A stretch of 64,000 nt of DNA, from positions 1 to 64,000 of IMG/VR virus record IMGVR_UViG_3300035492_000030, one strand, 5' to 3'. Position numbers and translations under genes: made by a program. Source of the stretch: a virus. How positions within the stretch are numbered: the stretch's first letter is position 1; each line of letters opens with the position of its first letter. Shown piece after piece: positions 50,062 to 59,254 of the stretch. The notes beneath the pieces are model-generated. The model was not told the origin of the DNA, ran no database searches, and saw nothing but the letters and a program-made list of their open reading frames with translations.

Positions 50062-50505
50062 ATGGCTTTAACAGATGTTGATAAGGTTAGGTTGCTAATT
50101 GGTATTGGGCCTAACTCACCATTCAATAGTTTTATGACCGATGAAGAGATTCAATGGTTCTTGGACTATAATGGTGGTAACGTAATTTATGCTGCAAGAA
50201 TGGCAGCAGTTGCTCTTTCATTACAATTATCTGGAGTATCATCACGCGAAAGGGTAGGTGACATAGACGTGTGGAATAATGTCTCCACAGCATATCTCAA
50301 AGCTCTTGATAACTTCATTAAAGATGCTTCAGCTAATACTCTGCCGAATGGTTTGATGCCATATGCTTCAGGGATTAGCTGGTCTGATATGAAAGCTAAT
50401 GACAACAACCCTGATAACGTTCGTAGTCCATTAACTCAAATTCGTCTTTGTGATGAAACAGGAAGCTTCTACAACGATCCATTCTCTGTTCCTTGTAATT
50501 GCTAG
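50062..50505 (+). CDS. Head-tail connector protein (gp6-like)
   Basis: 147-aa ORF in the first position after the capsid gene. LTDVDKVRLLIGI...DEEIQWFLD looks like an adaptor N-terminus. Confidence 0.45.
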   Translation: MALTDVDKVRLLIGIGPNSPFNSFMTDEEIQWFLDYNGGNVIYAARMAAVALSLQLSGVSSRERVGDIDVWNNVSTAYLKALDNFIKDASANTLPNGLMPYASGISWSDMKANDNNPDNVRSPLTQIRLCDETGSFYNDPFSVPCNC

Positions 50506-50513
50506 GAGGAGAG

Positions 50514-50984
50514 ATGAAACTAGAAGTTGATAAATCTGTTTGGAATAAGCTAAAAAAGAACCTTATAAAAGATGATGTTGAGCTGAGGATTGGTTTCTTT
50601 GAGGGAAGCAGGTACGGCCCCGAGAACGACAATCTGCCGGTTGCGCAAGTAGCTAAATGGAACAATGAAGGTACAGAGAAAGCCCCTCCTCGTGCATTTA
50701 TGAAAGATTGGGCTGACACGCTTAAAACAAATATGTACAAATCTTATTTAAATGATGCTGTTAAAAGTATCTATGAGGGTTCGAGTACATATTCAGCTCA
50801 GTATCAAATTCTTGGACCTGTTTTTAGAGAAGACCTCCAAGAGACTATTGAAAGATGGACAACCCCACCTAACGCACCGCTTACAATTGAACTCAAAGGG
50901 TTTAACAACCCACTTATTGATACAGAGACGATGTTGAATTCGGTAAGCTGGATGGTTGCTAAATCTGGAAGTAAGGAGGATTAA
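50514..50984 (+). CDS. HK97 gp10-like head-tail joining protein
   Basis: TAGGAGGAGAG RBS. RIGFFEGSRY...LPVAQVAKWNNEGTEKAPPRAFM matches the gp10-family signature (..NE.GT...P.RPF). Confidence 0.55.
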   Translation: MKLEVDKSVWNKLKKNLIKDDVELRIGFFEGSRYGPENDNLPVAQVAKWNNEGTEKAPPRAFMKDWADTLKTNMYKSYLNDAVKSIYEGSSTYSAQYQILGPVFREDLQETIERWTTPPNAPLTIELKGFNNPLIDTETMLNSVSWMVAKSGSKED

Positions 50985-51352
50985 TGCTAGTACCAAACTT
51001 CCTCCTGACTAAAACAGTTCCAATCACCATCTATCGCAAAACACAAGGTTCTTATGTTGATGGTATTTATGTTCCCGGCACAGAAACTCAAGTCACTAGG
51101 AATGTGAACATTCAACCACTAAAACCTTCTGAAATTATGCTAATGCCAGAATCAGAACGTACTAAGGAATGGTATAAACTCTATTGTGCTGAAGATCTGC
51201 TCACTCTACAAGAAGGAGCTTCTGGTCACGACGCAGATGAATTTGTCTGGCAGGGTTATCGCTATCGTATTATGAAAGTGAAAAACTATGCGATGGGGAT
51301 TCTGAACCATCACTGCGCATATGCCAGTCGTATAAGTGTTACACCAAACTAA
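50984..51352 (+). CDS. Neck/tail-completion protein (unassigned)
   Basis: 122-aa ORF with ATG/TAA overlap, in the connector module. Confidence 0.45.
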   Translation: MLVPNFLLTKTVPITIYRKTQGSYVDGIYVPGTETQVTRNVNIQPLKPSEIMLMPESERTKEWYKLYCAEDLLTLQEGASGHDADEFVWQGYRYRIMKVKNYAMGILNHHCAYASRISVTPN

Positions 51353-51361
51353 GGAGAGAAA

Positions 51362-52009
51362 ATGAATCTATACTCCACTCTCCGAACAGGTATTAGGAAT
51401 GTTGTTCTGAAAGCATTGTCTGTTGACTTTCCAACAATGCCTTGCATTTTCACCCATCAAAGTGGCCCTGAACCAGCAGAAAGCTATTCAGCAATATACG
51501 TTCTATCCACAAGGCAAGTTGGGCATAGTCAAAACTCCACGCTAACCAGCACCACAGAAGAACTATCTTTTGGTGTTGTATATGAAGCTGATATTCAAAT
51601 TAGTTTCTTTGGTAGTTTGTCTGGTGATGCTATTCATAGTTTTGTACAGAATATAAATAATAATCCAGTTGTTCTTGAAGAAATTAAAAAGAATAATCTC
51701 GGGTTTATGCGTAAAACACAGATTAGAAGTAATCCACAAAAAAGAGATACACAGTGGGTTGATTCTTTCAATATTACGCTGACAGTCAACTATATTGTTG
51801 GTACTACTCAGTTGGTTGATGTTGTTGAGAATGTGATTATTGAGTCTCAATACAATGATGTTATTCCTCCTTTTGGTACGAATGCTCAACTGGTAAGTGC
51901 AACCAATAGTCAACTAGATATTATTTGGGAACCATCTTTTGATGGCGAACAAACATTTAATGGTACTGTTAGCTATGACTCTGACGGTGCTTATACAGTT
52001 ATTCCTTAA
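51362..52009 (+). CDS. Neck/tail terminator candidate
   Basis: 215-aa ORF with AAGGAGAG RBS, last connector-module gene before the sheath region. Confidence 0.45.
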   Translation: MNLYSTLRTGIRNVVLKALSVDFPTMPCIFTHQSGPEPAESYSAIYVLSTRQVGHSQNSTLTSTTEELSFGVVYEADIQISFFGSLSGDAIHSFVQNINNNPVVLEEIKKNNLGFMRKTQIRSNPQKRDTQWVDSFNITLTVNYIVGTTQLVDVVENVIIESQYNDVIPPFGTNAQLVSATNSQLDIIWEPSFDGEQTFNGTVSYDSDGAYTVIP

Positions 52010-52026
52010 AATTATAAGAGGTATAA

Positions 52027-52830
52027 ATGCAAGATAAAGAAGCTACATTTTATCTCTATAAAATAACAAATAAAGTGAATAATAAAGTTTATATTGGGGT
52101 TACTAAAAATCCAAAACTCCGGCATAGACAACATATGACAAAACTCTCTGTTAAAAATCTTGTTGCTAAGGCAGTTAAAAAGTACGGGAAAGAGAATTTT
52201 GAATTTGAAGTTTTATGTATTGGCACTAAAGAGTATATATGCTCGTTGGAACAAAAGGCCATTGAAGTCTATAACTCAAATGCCGTCACAGGCCACGGTT
52301 ACAACATTGCCTCTGGTGGTTATGGCGGAAGCCTTCCACGACGAGGAAAGGTCAGTTCAAGAAAAGATGATAAGTCAGTGTATGTTTCTGGGTTTTGGTT
52401 TCCTAATAAGAGAACTGCTTTACTTACGTTGAACTGGACTAACTCAAAATTTCGATACAGACGCGACATGGGGTTTCTTGGTGAAACTTTTATTCAAACC
52501 AGAGTAGAGCTACCTAACAGAAATACAATAACCTCTGTACCGATTTATTATAAAGGATTTTGGTTTTCTGGTATAAACAAAGCATGTGAAGTGTACAACA
52601 TGAACTCAGAGGCAATAAAGAAAGATATAAGAAATCGTCGTTTTGAACAATCCGATGAAATTCAAAATTTTAATATTGCAAGAAAATATCTGGTGCATGG
52701 TAAACCTTACACAACACTGAAAGATGCTTCACAGGATCTTGATATTCCTATCACGACCCTAAAAGGGAGATATGATAGAAAGAAAGATACTATTAATTAT
52801 TCATATACATACATTAAAGAGGATGTATAA
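52027..52830 (+). CDS. GIY-YIG homing endonuclease
   Basis: FYLYKITNKVNNKVYIGVTKNPKLRHRQH. Paralog of 54190..55047 (shared VSGFWFPNKRTA block). Confidence 0.8.
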   Translation: MQDKEATFYLYKITNKVNNKVYIGVTKNPKLRHRQHMTKLSVKNLVAKAVKKYGKENFEFEVLCIGTKEYICSLEQKAIEVYNSNAVTGHGYNIASGGYGGSLPRRGKVSSRKDDKSVYVSGFWFPNKRTALLTLNWTNSKFRYRRDMGFLGETFIQTRVELPNRNTITSVPIYYKGFWFSGINKACEVYNMNSEAIKKDIRNRRFEQSDEIQNFNIARKYLVHGKPYTTLKDASQDLDIPITTLKGRYDRKKDTINYSYTYIKEDV

Positions 52831-54123
52831 ATGTCAGAACTTGACTCAATTATTTCTATTCAAATCACCCGAGAGACAACTCCAGTTTCAGTTGCATCTT
52901 TCCAAATCCCCCTAATTCTTTCACAGCACACTAATTTCTCTGAGCGTTATCGTGTATACACCGATATTGATGCCGTTGCTGATGATTTCGATTCTACCGA
53001 CAAAGCATATGTTATTGCTCAGAAGATTTTTGGTCAATCAGGTGCTCGCGTTCCATCCATTGTAATTGGTCGTCGCCAAGTAGATGAAGTTGATGGCAGC
53101 ATTGCAACTGTTTCTAACAACACTGCATACGCTGTAACAATCAACGACACCGCTTTCAGTTTTACTTCTGACGGTACTGCACTTGCTACTGAAATCGTCG
53201 CTGGCCTGAAAGCTGCATTCGATGCTGCACCTATCGCTGGAATCACTTTTACTGACAACCTTGATGGTACTTTCTCTGTTGCTGTGACTACCCCAGGCAC
53301 TGCTTGGAGTATTACCAGCTCCGCTAACGTCACCCTTGCTCATGTTGCTCCAACTGAAACTTGGGTTGAAGCTCTTGATGCTGTAACCAATGTAAATGAC
53401 ACTTGGTATGCTCTTGTTGCCGAAACTCATGTACAAGCTGATGTAGAAGCTCTTGCTGCTGCGATTCAATCTCGTCGTAAGATCTATGGTACATCCACTC
53501 AAGACGCAACTGTGCCTACTTCTGGTACTACTGATATTGCATATGTTCTTGATGCTCAGAACTACGGTCGTACATTCGTTGTATATCTGCCTACCGCAGA
53601 TACTCAGTATCCTGAAGCAGCTTGGATTGGTAGCCAACTTGCCTACACTCCGGGCAGCAACGATTGGGACTTCAAACGTGGCACTGGTGTTACGGTGAGT
53701 GGTCTTACTGACTCTCAGCGTGCCTTCCTGCGCGGTAAAAACTGCAATATGTTCACCACTGTTGCTGGCGTCGATATCTTCCAAGATGGTAATATGGCAG
53801 ATGGTCGCCCAATTGACGAGCAAATTATTGTAGACTGGACTTATGCTCGTCTACAAGAATCTATTTTCTTCCGTCTAATCAATAGCCTGAAGATCCCGAT
53901 GACTCAGGCAGGGCTTGTCATTGTAGAAAATGAGATTCGTTCTGTTCTGGCACAAGGTGAAGCCAACGGTGCATTTGATCGTGGTTGGTCAGTACAAACT
54001 CCGAATGTTCTAGACATTCCAGCTAACCTTCGCGCTCAGCGTACAGCAGGTACTTTCGTATTCCGTGCTCGTCTTGCCGGTTCGATCCGTCGCATTGTAA
54101 TCGAAGGGTTTTTGTCGGTATAA
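52831..54123 (+). CDS. Tail sheath protein (DUF3383-type)
   Basis: 430-aa ORF upstream of the tube genes, high-expression codon usage. Assigned by position, size and recalled family resemblance. Confidence 0.6.
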   Translation: MSELDSIISIQITRETTPVSVASFQIPLILSQHTNFSERYRVYTDIDAVADDFDSTDKAYVIAQKIFGQSGARVPSIVIGRRQVDEVDGSIATVSNNTAYAVTINDTAFSFTSDGTALATEIVAGLKAAFDAAPIAGITFTDNLDGTFSVAVTTPGTAWSITSSANVTLAHVAPTETWVEALDAVTNVNDTWYALVAETHVQADVEALAAAIQSRRKIYGTSTQDATVPTSGTTDIAYVLDAQNYGRTFVVYLPTADTQYPEAAWIGSQLAYTPGSNDWDFKRGTGVTVSGLTDSQRAFLRGKNCNMFTTVAGVDIFQDGNMADGRPIDEQIIVDWTYARLQESIFFRLINSLKIPMTQAGLVIVENEIRSVLAQGEANGAFDRGWSVQTPNVLDIPANLRAQRTAGTFVFRARLAGSIRRIVIEGFLSV

Positions 54124-54128
54124 ATCTA

Positions 54129-54158
54129 TTGACTTTCTCCTCCTTGTAATGGTAAGAT
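54129..54158 (+). promoter_or_regulatory. sigma70-type promoter for the HEG
   Basis: TTGACT-18-TAAGAT. Confidence 0.55.
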
Positions 54159-54189
54159 ATAGTTTCTTATTTATTACTTGGAGGAGTAA

Positions 54190-55047
54190 ATGTCAGAGAT
54201 CAAGGAAACACCCTACTACTTGTATAAGATTACCAATAATGTGAATGGTAAGTTGTATATTGGAATAACTAAAAATCCAAAAGCCAGAAAGCGCCAGCAT
54301 TGGAACTTTGAAAGAAAGTTTAATGGTAAAACTATCAATATTTTATACCAAGCCATGCGAAAATATGGTTTGGAGAATTTTGATTTTGAAGTAATCTGTA
54401 TTGGAAATAAAGACTATATTCTTGACCTAGAAGTGAAAGCTATCTCTGCTTACCGAACTACAGAAAAGAAATTTGTATATAACATTAAACCGGGTGGTGA
54501 GAGTGGTCGTGGTTACACTGTAACTGATACTCCGAGAGATGTTCCTGTTTTTGTTTCTGGGTTTTGGTTTCCTAATAGAAGGACGGCAGTTAAAAAGCTA
54601 AACATAACTGTTGCAGTCTATAAGAATAGGCAAAGATCTGGCACTCTTGGAGATGTTTGCAGGAAAGTAGAAAGAAACAATATTAGATGTAAAGTTCTCA
54701 ATGCTAACAAATATAAGTCATGTTATGTTGGAGGATTTTGGTTCCCTGATCTAGAAACGGCCATTGAGAAACTAAATAGGCCAGAATCTACACTCAGAGC
54801 CAGAATTAGGAAGGGTTTAGTGAATGCTGAGCCTAATAAAAGAATTCCTCATAATAAAGGAAAGAAATCACCCATACATGATAGTAACCATCCAAGTGCA
54901 AAACCTGTTTATGTAGAAGGTGTAGTTTATGGTTGCATAAAAGAAGCAACATCTGCTACTGGTTATTCAAAATATATTATTACAAATAGAATTAAAGAAT
55001 GTCATCCAGACTTCAAATTTATTAAAGAGGAATTAAATAGTGGCTAG
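54190..55047 (+). CDS. GIY-YIG homing endonuclease
   Basis: YYLYKITNNVNGKLYIGITKNPKARKRQH, with GFWFP repeats. Confidence 0.8.
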   Translation: MSEIKETPYYLYKITNNVNGKLYIGITKNPKARKRQHWNFERKFNGKTINILYQAMRKYGLENFDFEVICIGNKDYILDLEVKAISAYRTTEKKFVYNIKPGGESGRGYTVTDTPRDVPVFVSGFWFPNRRTAVKKLNITVAVYKNRQRSGTLGDVCRKVERNNIRCKVLNANKYKSCYVGGFWFPDLETAIEKLNRPESTLRARIRKGLVNAEPNKRIPHNKGKKSPIHDSNHPSAKPVYVEGVVYGCIKEATSATGYSKYIITNRIKECHPDFKFIKEELNSG

Positions 55048-55567
55048 TTCTAGTTTTATTGGCAACTACAGCCCCGAGTCAGTGGTTGTAACAATTGCAA
55101 AAGGTAATTTCGTACACCAAGTCACAGGCTTTGCGGACGGGACTTTCCTATCTGCCGAGAGACTTGTACCTTCGTCAACTCCGTACATTGGAAGCGACCT
55201 AACGGGGGGTAGGGTGAAGCGTCGTAACCATTCTATGAATGTCACCCTGACTCTGCACAGTCTTGCATCGTCGAATCTTGTACTGCAAAGTCTACAACAG
55301 GCCGATGCTGATGCTGACAGTAATCAGTGGATTTTCAGTATGACCATTAAGGATCTTTCTGGTCAAACACTAATCTTTTCTGACCAGTGCTGTATCCAAG
55401 CTCCACCAACAAAATCATTCTCCACCGAAGTTGATAGTCTTGATTGGGCAATCTTCATGTTCAATGGTGAAGCTCGGATCGGCGGTAATACCGTACTTGG
55501 TGAAGCAGAAATTCAAGCAATTGAAGCTACCGGCGCAATTACTATTGAAGATTCTTGGCGCGCGTAA
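55040..55567 (+). CDS. Tail tube protein (paralog 1 of 3)
   Basis: 175 aa, GTG start with AGAGGA RBS. NYSPESVVVTIAKG N-terminus shared with the next two ORFs. Confidence 0.55.
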   Translation: MASSSFIGNYSPESVVVTIAKGNFVHQVTGFADGTFLSAERLVPSSTPYIGSDLTGGRVKRRNHSMNVTLTLHSLASSNLVLQSLQQADADADSNQWIFSMTIKDLSGQTLIFSDQCCIQAPPTKSFSTEVDSLDWAIFMFNGEARIGGNTVLGEAEIQAIEATGAITIEDSWRA

Positions 55568-55624
55568 TGTTTAAGGGAAAGAGGGGTGTACAAAATACCC
55601 CTCCTCTCTTTAAGGAGGATTCCC

Positions 55625-56125
55625 TTGAGTTTATTTACATATAATCCCGAATCTGTAAACGTCCTTATCGCAGGGCTTGTAAACGTAACAGGGTTTGTTG
55701 ATGGCACGTTCGTTGATGTTACTAAAGATGTTGTCCCTTTCTCTGCTGCAAGAACAGCAGATGGAACTGTAGCAAGAATGTACAACAACGATCAAACCTA
55801 TACAATCACCCTCACACTCCATTGTGGTAGTAATTCAAATGATGTACTAACTAAGCTTTGGCAACTTGATGAAATCACCCAAAGGGGTAAATTCCATCTA
55901 CTAATTAAAGATTTCAGTGGAAGTGATTTATTCTTTTCCACAACAACTTGGATTGAAGGTATACCAACCATCTCCAAGAGCAATGGAATTGATAGCAGAA
56001 TTTGGGTACTAAGAAGCAGCCAAGCAACAACCAATGTTGGCGGTAACATGGAGCCGAGTAAGCTCCTAGAAGATATTACCAATCTAGCAATTTCATCTCT
56101 GCCAGCAATTGAAGGGATTTTGTAA
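55625..56125 (+). CDS. Tail tube-like protein (paralog 2 of 3)
   Basis: TTG start 6 nt after AAGGAGGA, giving (M)SLFTYNPESVNVLIAGL, homologous to the other two N-termini. Confidence 0.5.
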   Translation: MSLFTYNPESVNVLIAGLVNVTGFVDGTFVDVTKDVVPFSAARTADGTVARMYNNDQTYTITLTLHCGSNSNDVLTKLWQLDEITQRGKFHLLIKDFSGSDLFFSTTTWIEGIPTISKSNGIDSRIWVLRSSQATTNVGGNMEPSKLLEDITNLAISSLPAIEGIL

Positions 56126-56126
56126 A

Positions 56127-56612
56127 ATGGCTAATTCTTTCACGGTAAATACCTATAGTCCAAAGGATGTATCTTTGTCATTCGGTGGTTATCAAATTGC
56201 TGGTTGGGATAGTATCACTATCACTAGAACATCCCCAAGTTTCATCACTGTCAAGGGTATTCGTGGTAAACATACTCGTGTTCCTTCAGGTGACACTTCA
56301 GCTACCATCACTGTAAATATCCTGCAAACTTCCCCAAGTAACGATGTGCTCTCTGAAGTGCACAGGCAAGATATTGAAACTGACACTGGTCGACTTGATA
56401 TTATGCTCAAGGATAATAGTGGTAATAGTGTGTTCTCATCAGATGAAGCATACATCACTTCCTATCCTGAGACAACTTATTCTGGTAACTTTGAATACCG
56501 CACTTGGACAATTTATTGTCAAACCACTAAATCATATGTTGTTGGCGGTAATAGTTATCCAGAAACGAATCTTTTTAATGCGGCACTAAATGTTGTAAGA
56601 AACATCTTTTAA
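56127..56612 (+). CDS. Tail tube-like protein (paralog 3 of 3)
   Basis: ATG at 56127. MANSFTVNTYSPKDVSLSFGG. Confidence 0.5.
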   Translation: MANSFTVNTYSPKDVSLSFGGYQIAGWDSITITRTSPSFITVKGIRGKHTRVPSGDTSATITVNILQTSPSNDVLSEVHRQDIETDTGRLDIMLKDNSGNSVFSSDEAYITSYPETTYSGNFEYRTWTIYCQTTKSYVVGGNSYPETNLFNAALNVVRNIF

Positions 56613-56645
56613 TTTTCTTCTTTTCTTTCCGAGGTATAAATAATT

Positions 56646-56978
56646 ATGGCTACTAAGCTAAATCTAGCAGAGATTGCTCTGCCACAAACCACTGTTGAAC
56701 TGAACGGTGAAGAATATATGATTGAGGCTCTACCTGCAACTTACGCTCTTGAGTTTATGGAGAAATACCAAGTTGCTATTGAGAGCGGCAAGCCTGATTT
56801 GAAGATTATGAAAGAAGTAATCTGCAAGTCAGTATATAAAGATAACAAGCTGATTGATGGTAAGCGATTCGATATTGTCTTTGCTCGTAAATTCCGTCTT
56901 ATTTCTGAACTTTATCAGGAAATTCTAAAGTTCAACTTTGAAGACCTTTTTACTCAAGGCGAAGATTCCGAGGAGTAA
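56646..56978 (+). CDS. Tail assembly chaperone (G-like, short form)
   Basis: 110-aa acidic ORF between the tube and tape-measure genes. Confidence 0.6.
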   Translation: MATKLNLAEIALPQTTVELNGEEYMIEALPATYALEFMEKYQVAIESGKPDLKIMKEVICKSVYKDNKLIDGKRFDIVFARKFRLISELYQEILKFNFEDLFTQGEDSEE

Positions 56979-57214
56979 GTTCTTCAGGGTCTTCGCAACT
57001 CTCACCGCTTGAAAGAAAACTTCAAGAAGAATTCTCCCAAAGATGGGAAGTGTATCGTGTAGCCACACATGAACTCGGTTCAATTTCTTTTGTTAAAGAT
57101 GTTGACAGGTGTTCATTGAAACAGCTTTACGATATGTTAGAAGTATTGGATGTATATGATGCATTAAAGAAAGCAGCTCACGATAAAATGCTTGCTGAAT
57201 CAAAACAAAAATAA
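56646..57214 (+). CDS. Tail assembly chaperone, -1 frameshift extension (GT-like long form)
   Basis: The -1 frame is open from 56942 to the stop at 57212-57214, with no start codon of its own. T5 run CCTTTTTAC at 56945-56953. Confidence 0.5.
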
Positions 57215-57226
57215 AGAGGTATATTT

Positions 57227-59245
57227 ATGGCAGCAGGTGGAGCCGTCACGCGCTATTTTGCTACGTTAGGGTTCAAAGTAGATAAGAGTGAACTTGCTAA
57301 TATTGACCGCACGTTATCTAATATCGAAAAGAAGCTAAGAGCTTTTGGTAAGAATATTGATAAACACCTTAACATCACTTTGAAAGTTGATAAGGTGGAT
57401 ATTGATAAGAATAAAATGAGAGCTGCTGTAGGCAACACTCTCGACTGGATTAGCAAGAATACAGTATTTGAAGTAAGCAGATTCGCAGTAAATGACAGAG
57501 CACTACAGGCTGCACTAACCAGAGCTAACAGATTGGCAAATGGTAGGATGCGTCAAACCACTCCTGCCACGCAACCAACTGTTAATCCACAAGTTGCCCC
57601 TGCTCAACAAACAAGACCAACAAGAGCTGAAGCAAGTTACTCTAGGGCCAACTACCTTCACGCTGGTGGAGCAGCAGGAGCTTTTGCTCGTTATGGTGCA
57701 GCAAGCCTCCCTTTCGTTGGTGGTGTGTATGGTCTTACCACGTTAAACCAGAATATTCAAGAGCTACAATCAACTGAGATTGCAGCAGGTAGTATCTTTG
57801 GAGACAGAGCACAAGAAGCTCAAAAATGGCTAGAACAACAGGCAGACTATGTAGGTTTTAACTACATGGAAACAATGCCAATCTTCAGTTCATTCATGGC
57901 TTCCGGTATGCCTTTGATGGGCTATGACCAATCTAAAGGTGTATTCCAGTCATTAACAGAATTTGGCCGTACTCGTGGTGCTGATGCCGTTAGTATGAAG
58001 CGTGCCATGTATGCAATTCAGCAGATGGCAGCTAAAGGTCAAGTGATGACCGAGGAATTGAAAAACCAGCTGTCAGAGGCAAAAGGTTTTGGTGAATCTC
58101 GTCAAATCTTCGCTGAAGCGTATCAAATTCAAACAGGTGGTAGTCTCACTGGTCAAGAAGCCTCTGCTGCACTTATTGACGCCATGCAAAAAGGCCAAGT
58201 TAAGTCGGCAGACATTCTACCAATTGTTGCTAGACTTATGTCAGAAAGGGCTGCCGGTGGTTTGGAGGCTGCTAGAACTAGCCTCACAGCAGAGCAGATG
58301 CGTTTCCAGAATGAACAGACAAGACAGCTCAGAGCTTTCACTGAAGCTGGTGGTAGTAGTGGTTTTGCTAGACTATTCAGATCAATGACTGTTGCATTGA
58401 AAGAAGGTCAGCCTCTTATTGAAGGTATGGCTCGTGCTTTTGATGAAATGAGTAAGTATGCTGCATTTGTATTCCAACTTCCACAATCCTTTAAAAGAGC
58501 TTTTGAAGGGAGAGATAGTTGGGTTGCAGATATGATGGGTGAGGCTAACGTTCAAATTGCTAAAGATTTCTATGAAGGATTAAAAGAACTTGCTGGCGCC
58601 ATTAAAGAGACTCTAGGCATTGCGTTGGATGGATGGAAGCTCATTTTTGAAACATTTGGGGATGATTTCTTAGGTTTTATCGTAACAATTAAAGATGTCC
58701 TTCTCTATTCATTTAAGATTATCAATTCTGCGATTAAAGGTGATTTAGACGCAGCTAGCAGATTTAGTGATGCTATGTTTGCCAGTATGATGGGTGCTGA
58801 TGCTGAAACAGTAAAAGCGATTGCAGAAGGCAAACCAACCCCTGCAATGCAGAATGCTGGCAATGTTAATCCTATGCAAATGGCAGTCGGTGCGCTTACT
58901 GGCCTACAAAATCTTCCAAGGGCTGAAGGGCTAATGGAAGTCTTTACTAGGGCTGGTGCTGGTTTTGATTATCAGAGGCAATATGACAAGGCTCGCAACA
59001 TTGCTGTAAATGATCCCACATCTGTCTATTACATGAACCCAAAAGGTTTTGATCTAGATGCACAACATTCTTTCAGAGCTGCAATGGATTCTAATTACAC
59101 CCCAGACCAAGGAACAGGTCTTGCCCCTACTGAGATTAATGTTACTGTACAGGCTGTTCCGGGTAGGGAGGTTGATGCAGAAGCTACTGGTAATGTCATC
59201 GCAACCAAGATTAAAGAAGCTCTACAATTCTTCACAGAAAAATAA
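57227..59245 (+). CDS. Tape measure protein
   Basis: 672 aa. MKRAMYAIQQMAAKGQVMTEELKNQLSEA matches the tape-measure N-terminal domain signature. Position after the chaperone. Confidence 0.75.
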   Translation: MAAGGAVTRYFATLGFKVDKSELANIDRTLSNIEKKLRAFGKNIDKHLNITLKVDKVDIDKNKMRAAVGNTLDWISKNTVFEVSRFAVNDRALQAALTRANRLANGRMRQTTPATQPTVNPQVAPAQQTRPTRAEASYSRANYLHAGGAAGAFARYGAASLPFVGGVYGLTTLNQNIQELQSTEIAAGSIFGDRAQEAQKWLEQQADYVGFNYMETMPIFSSFMASGMPLMGYDQSKGVFQSLTEFGRTRGADAVSMKRAMYAIQQMAAKGQVMTEELKNQLSEAKGFGESRQIFAEAYQIQTGGSLTGQEASAALIDAMQKGQVKSADILPIVARLMSERAAGGLEAARTSLTAEQMRFQNEQTRQLRAFTEAGGSSGFARLFRSMTVALKEGQPLIEGMARAFDEMSKYAAFVFQLPQSFKRAFEGRDSWVADMMGEANVQIAKDFYEGLKELAGAIKETLGIALDGWKLIFETFGDDFLGFIVTIKDVLLYSFKIINSAIKGDLDAASRFSDAMFASMMGADAETVKAIAEGKPTPAMQNAGNVNPMQMAVGALTGLQNLPRAEGLMEVFTRAGAGFDYQRQYDKARNIAVNDPTSVYYMNPKGFDLDAQHSFRAAMDSNYTPDQGTGLAPTEINVTVQAVPGREVDAEATGNVIATKIKEALQFFTEK

Positions 59246-59254
59246 GGAGGCTCA

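Noticed and set aside
53038-53823. 261-aa minus-strand ORF (and 53034..53333) inside the sheath gene
   Set aside because: It is antisense to a highly expressed structural gene in a uniformly plus-strand late operon, has Ser/Cys/Asn-rich composition, and has no RBS or promoter.
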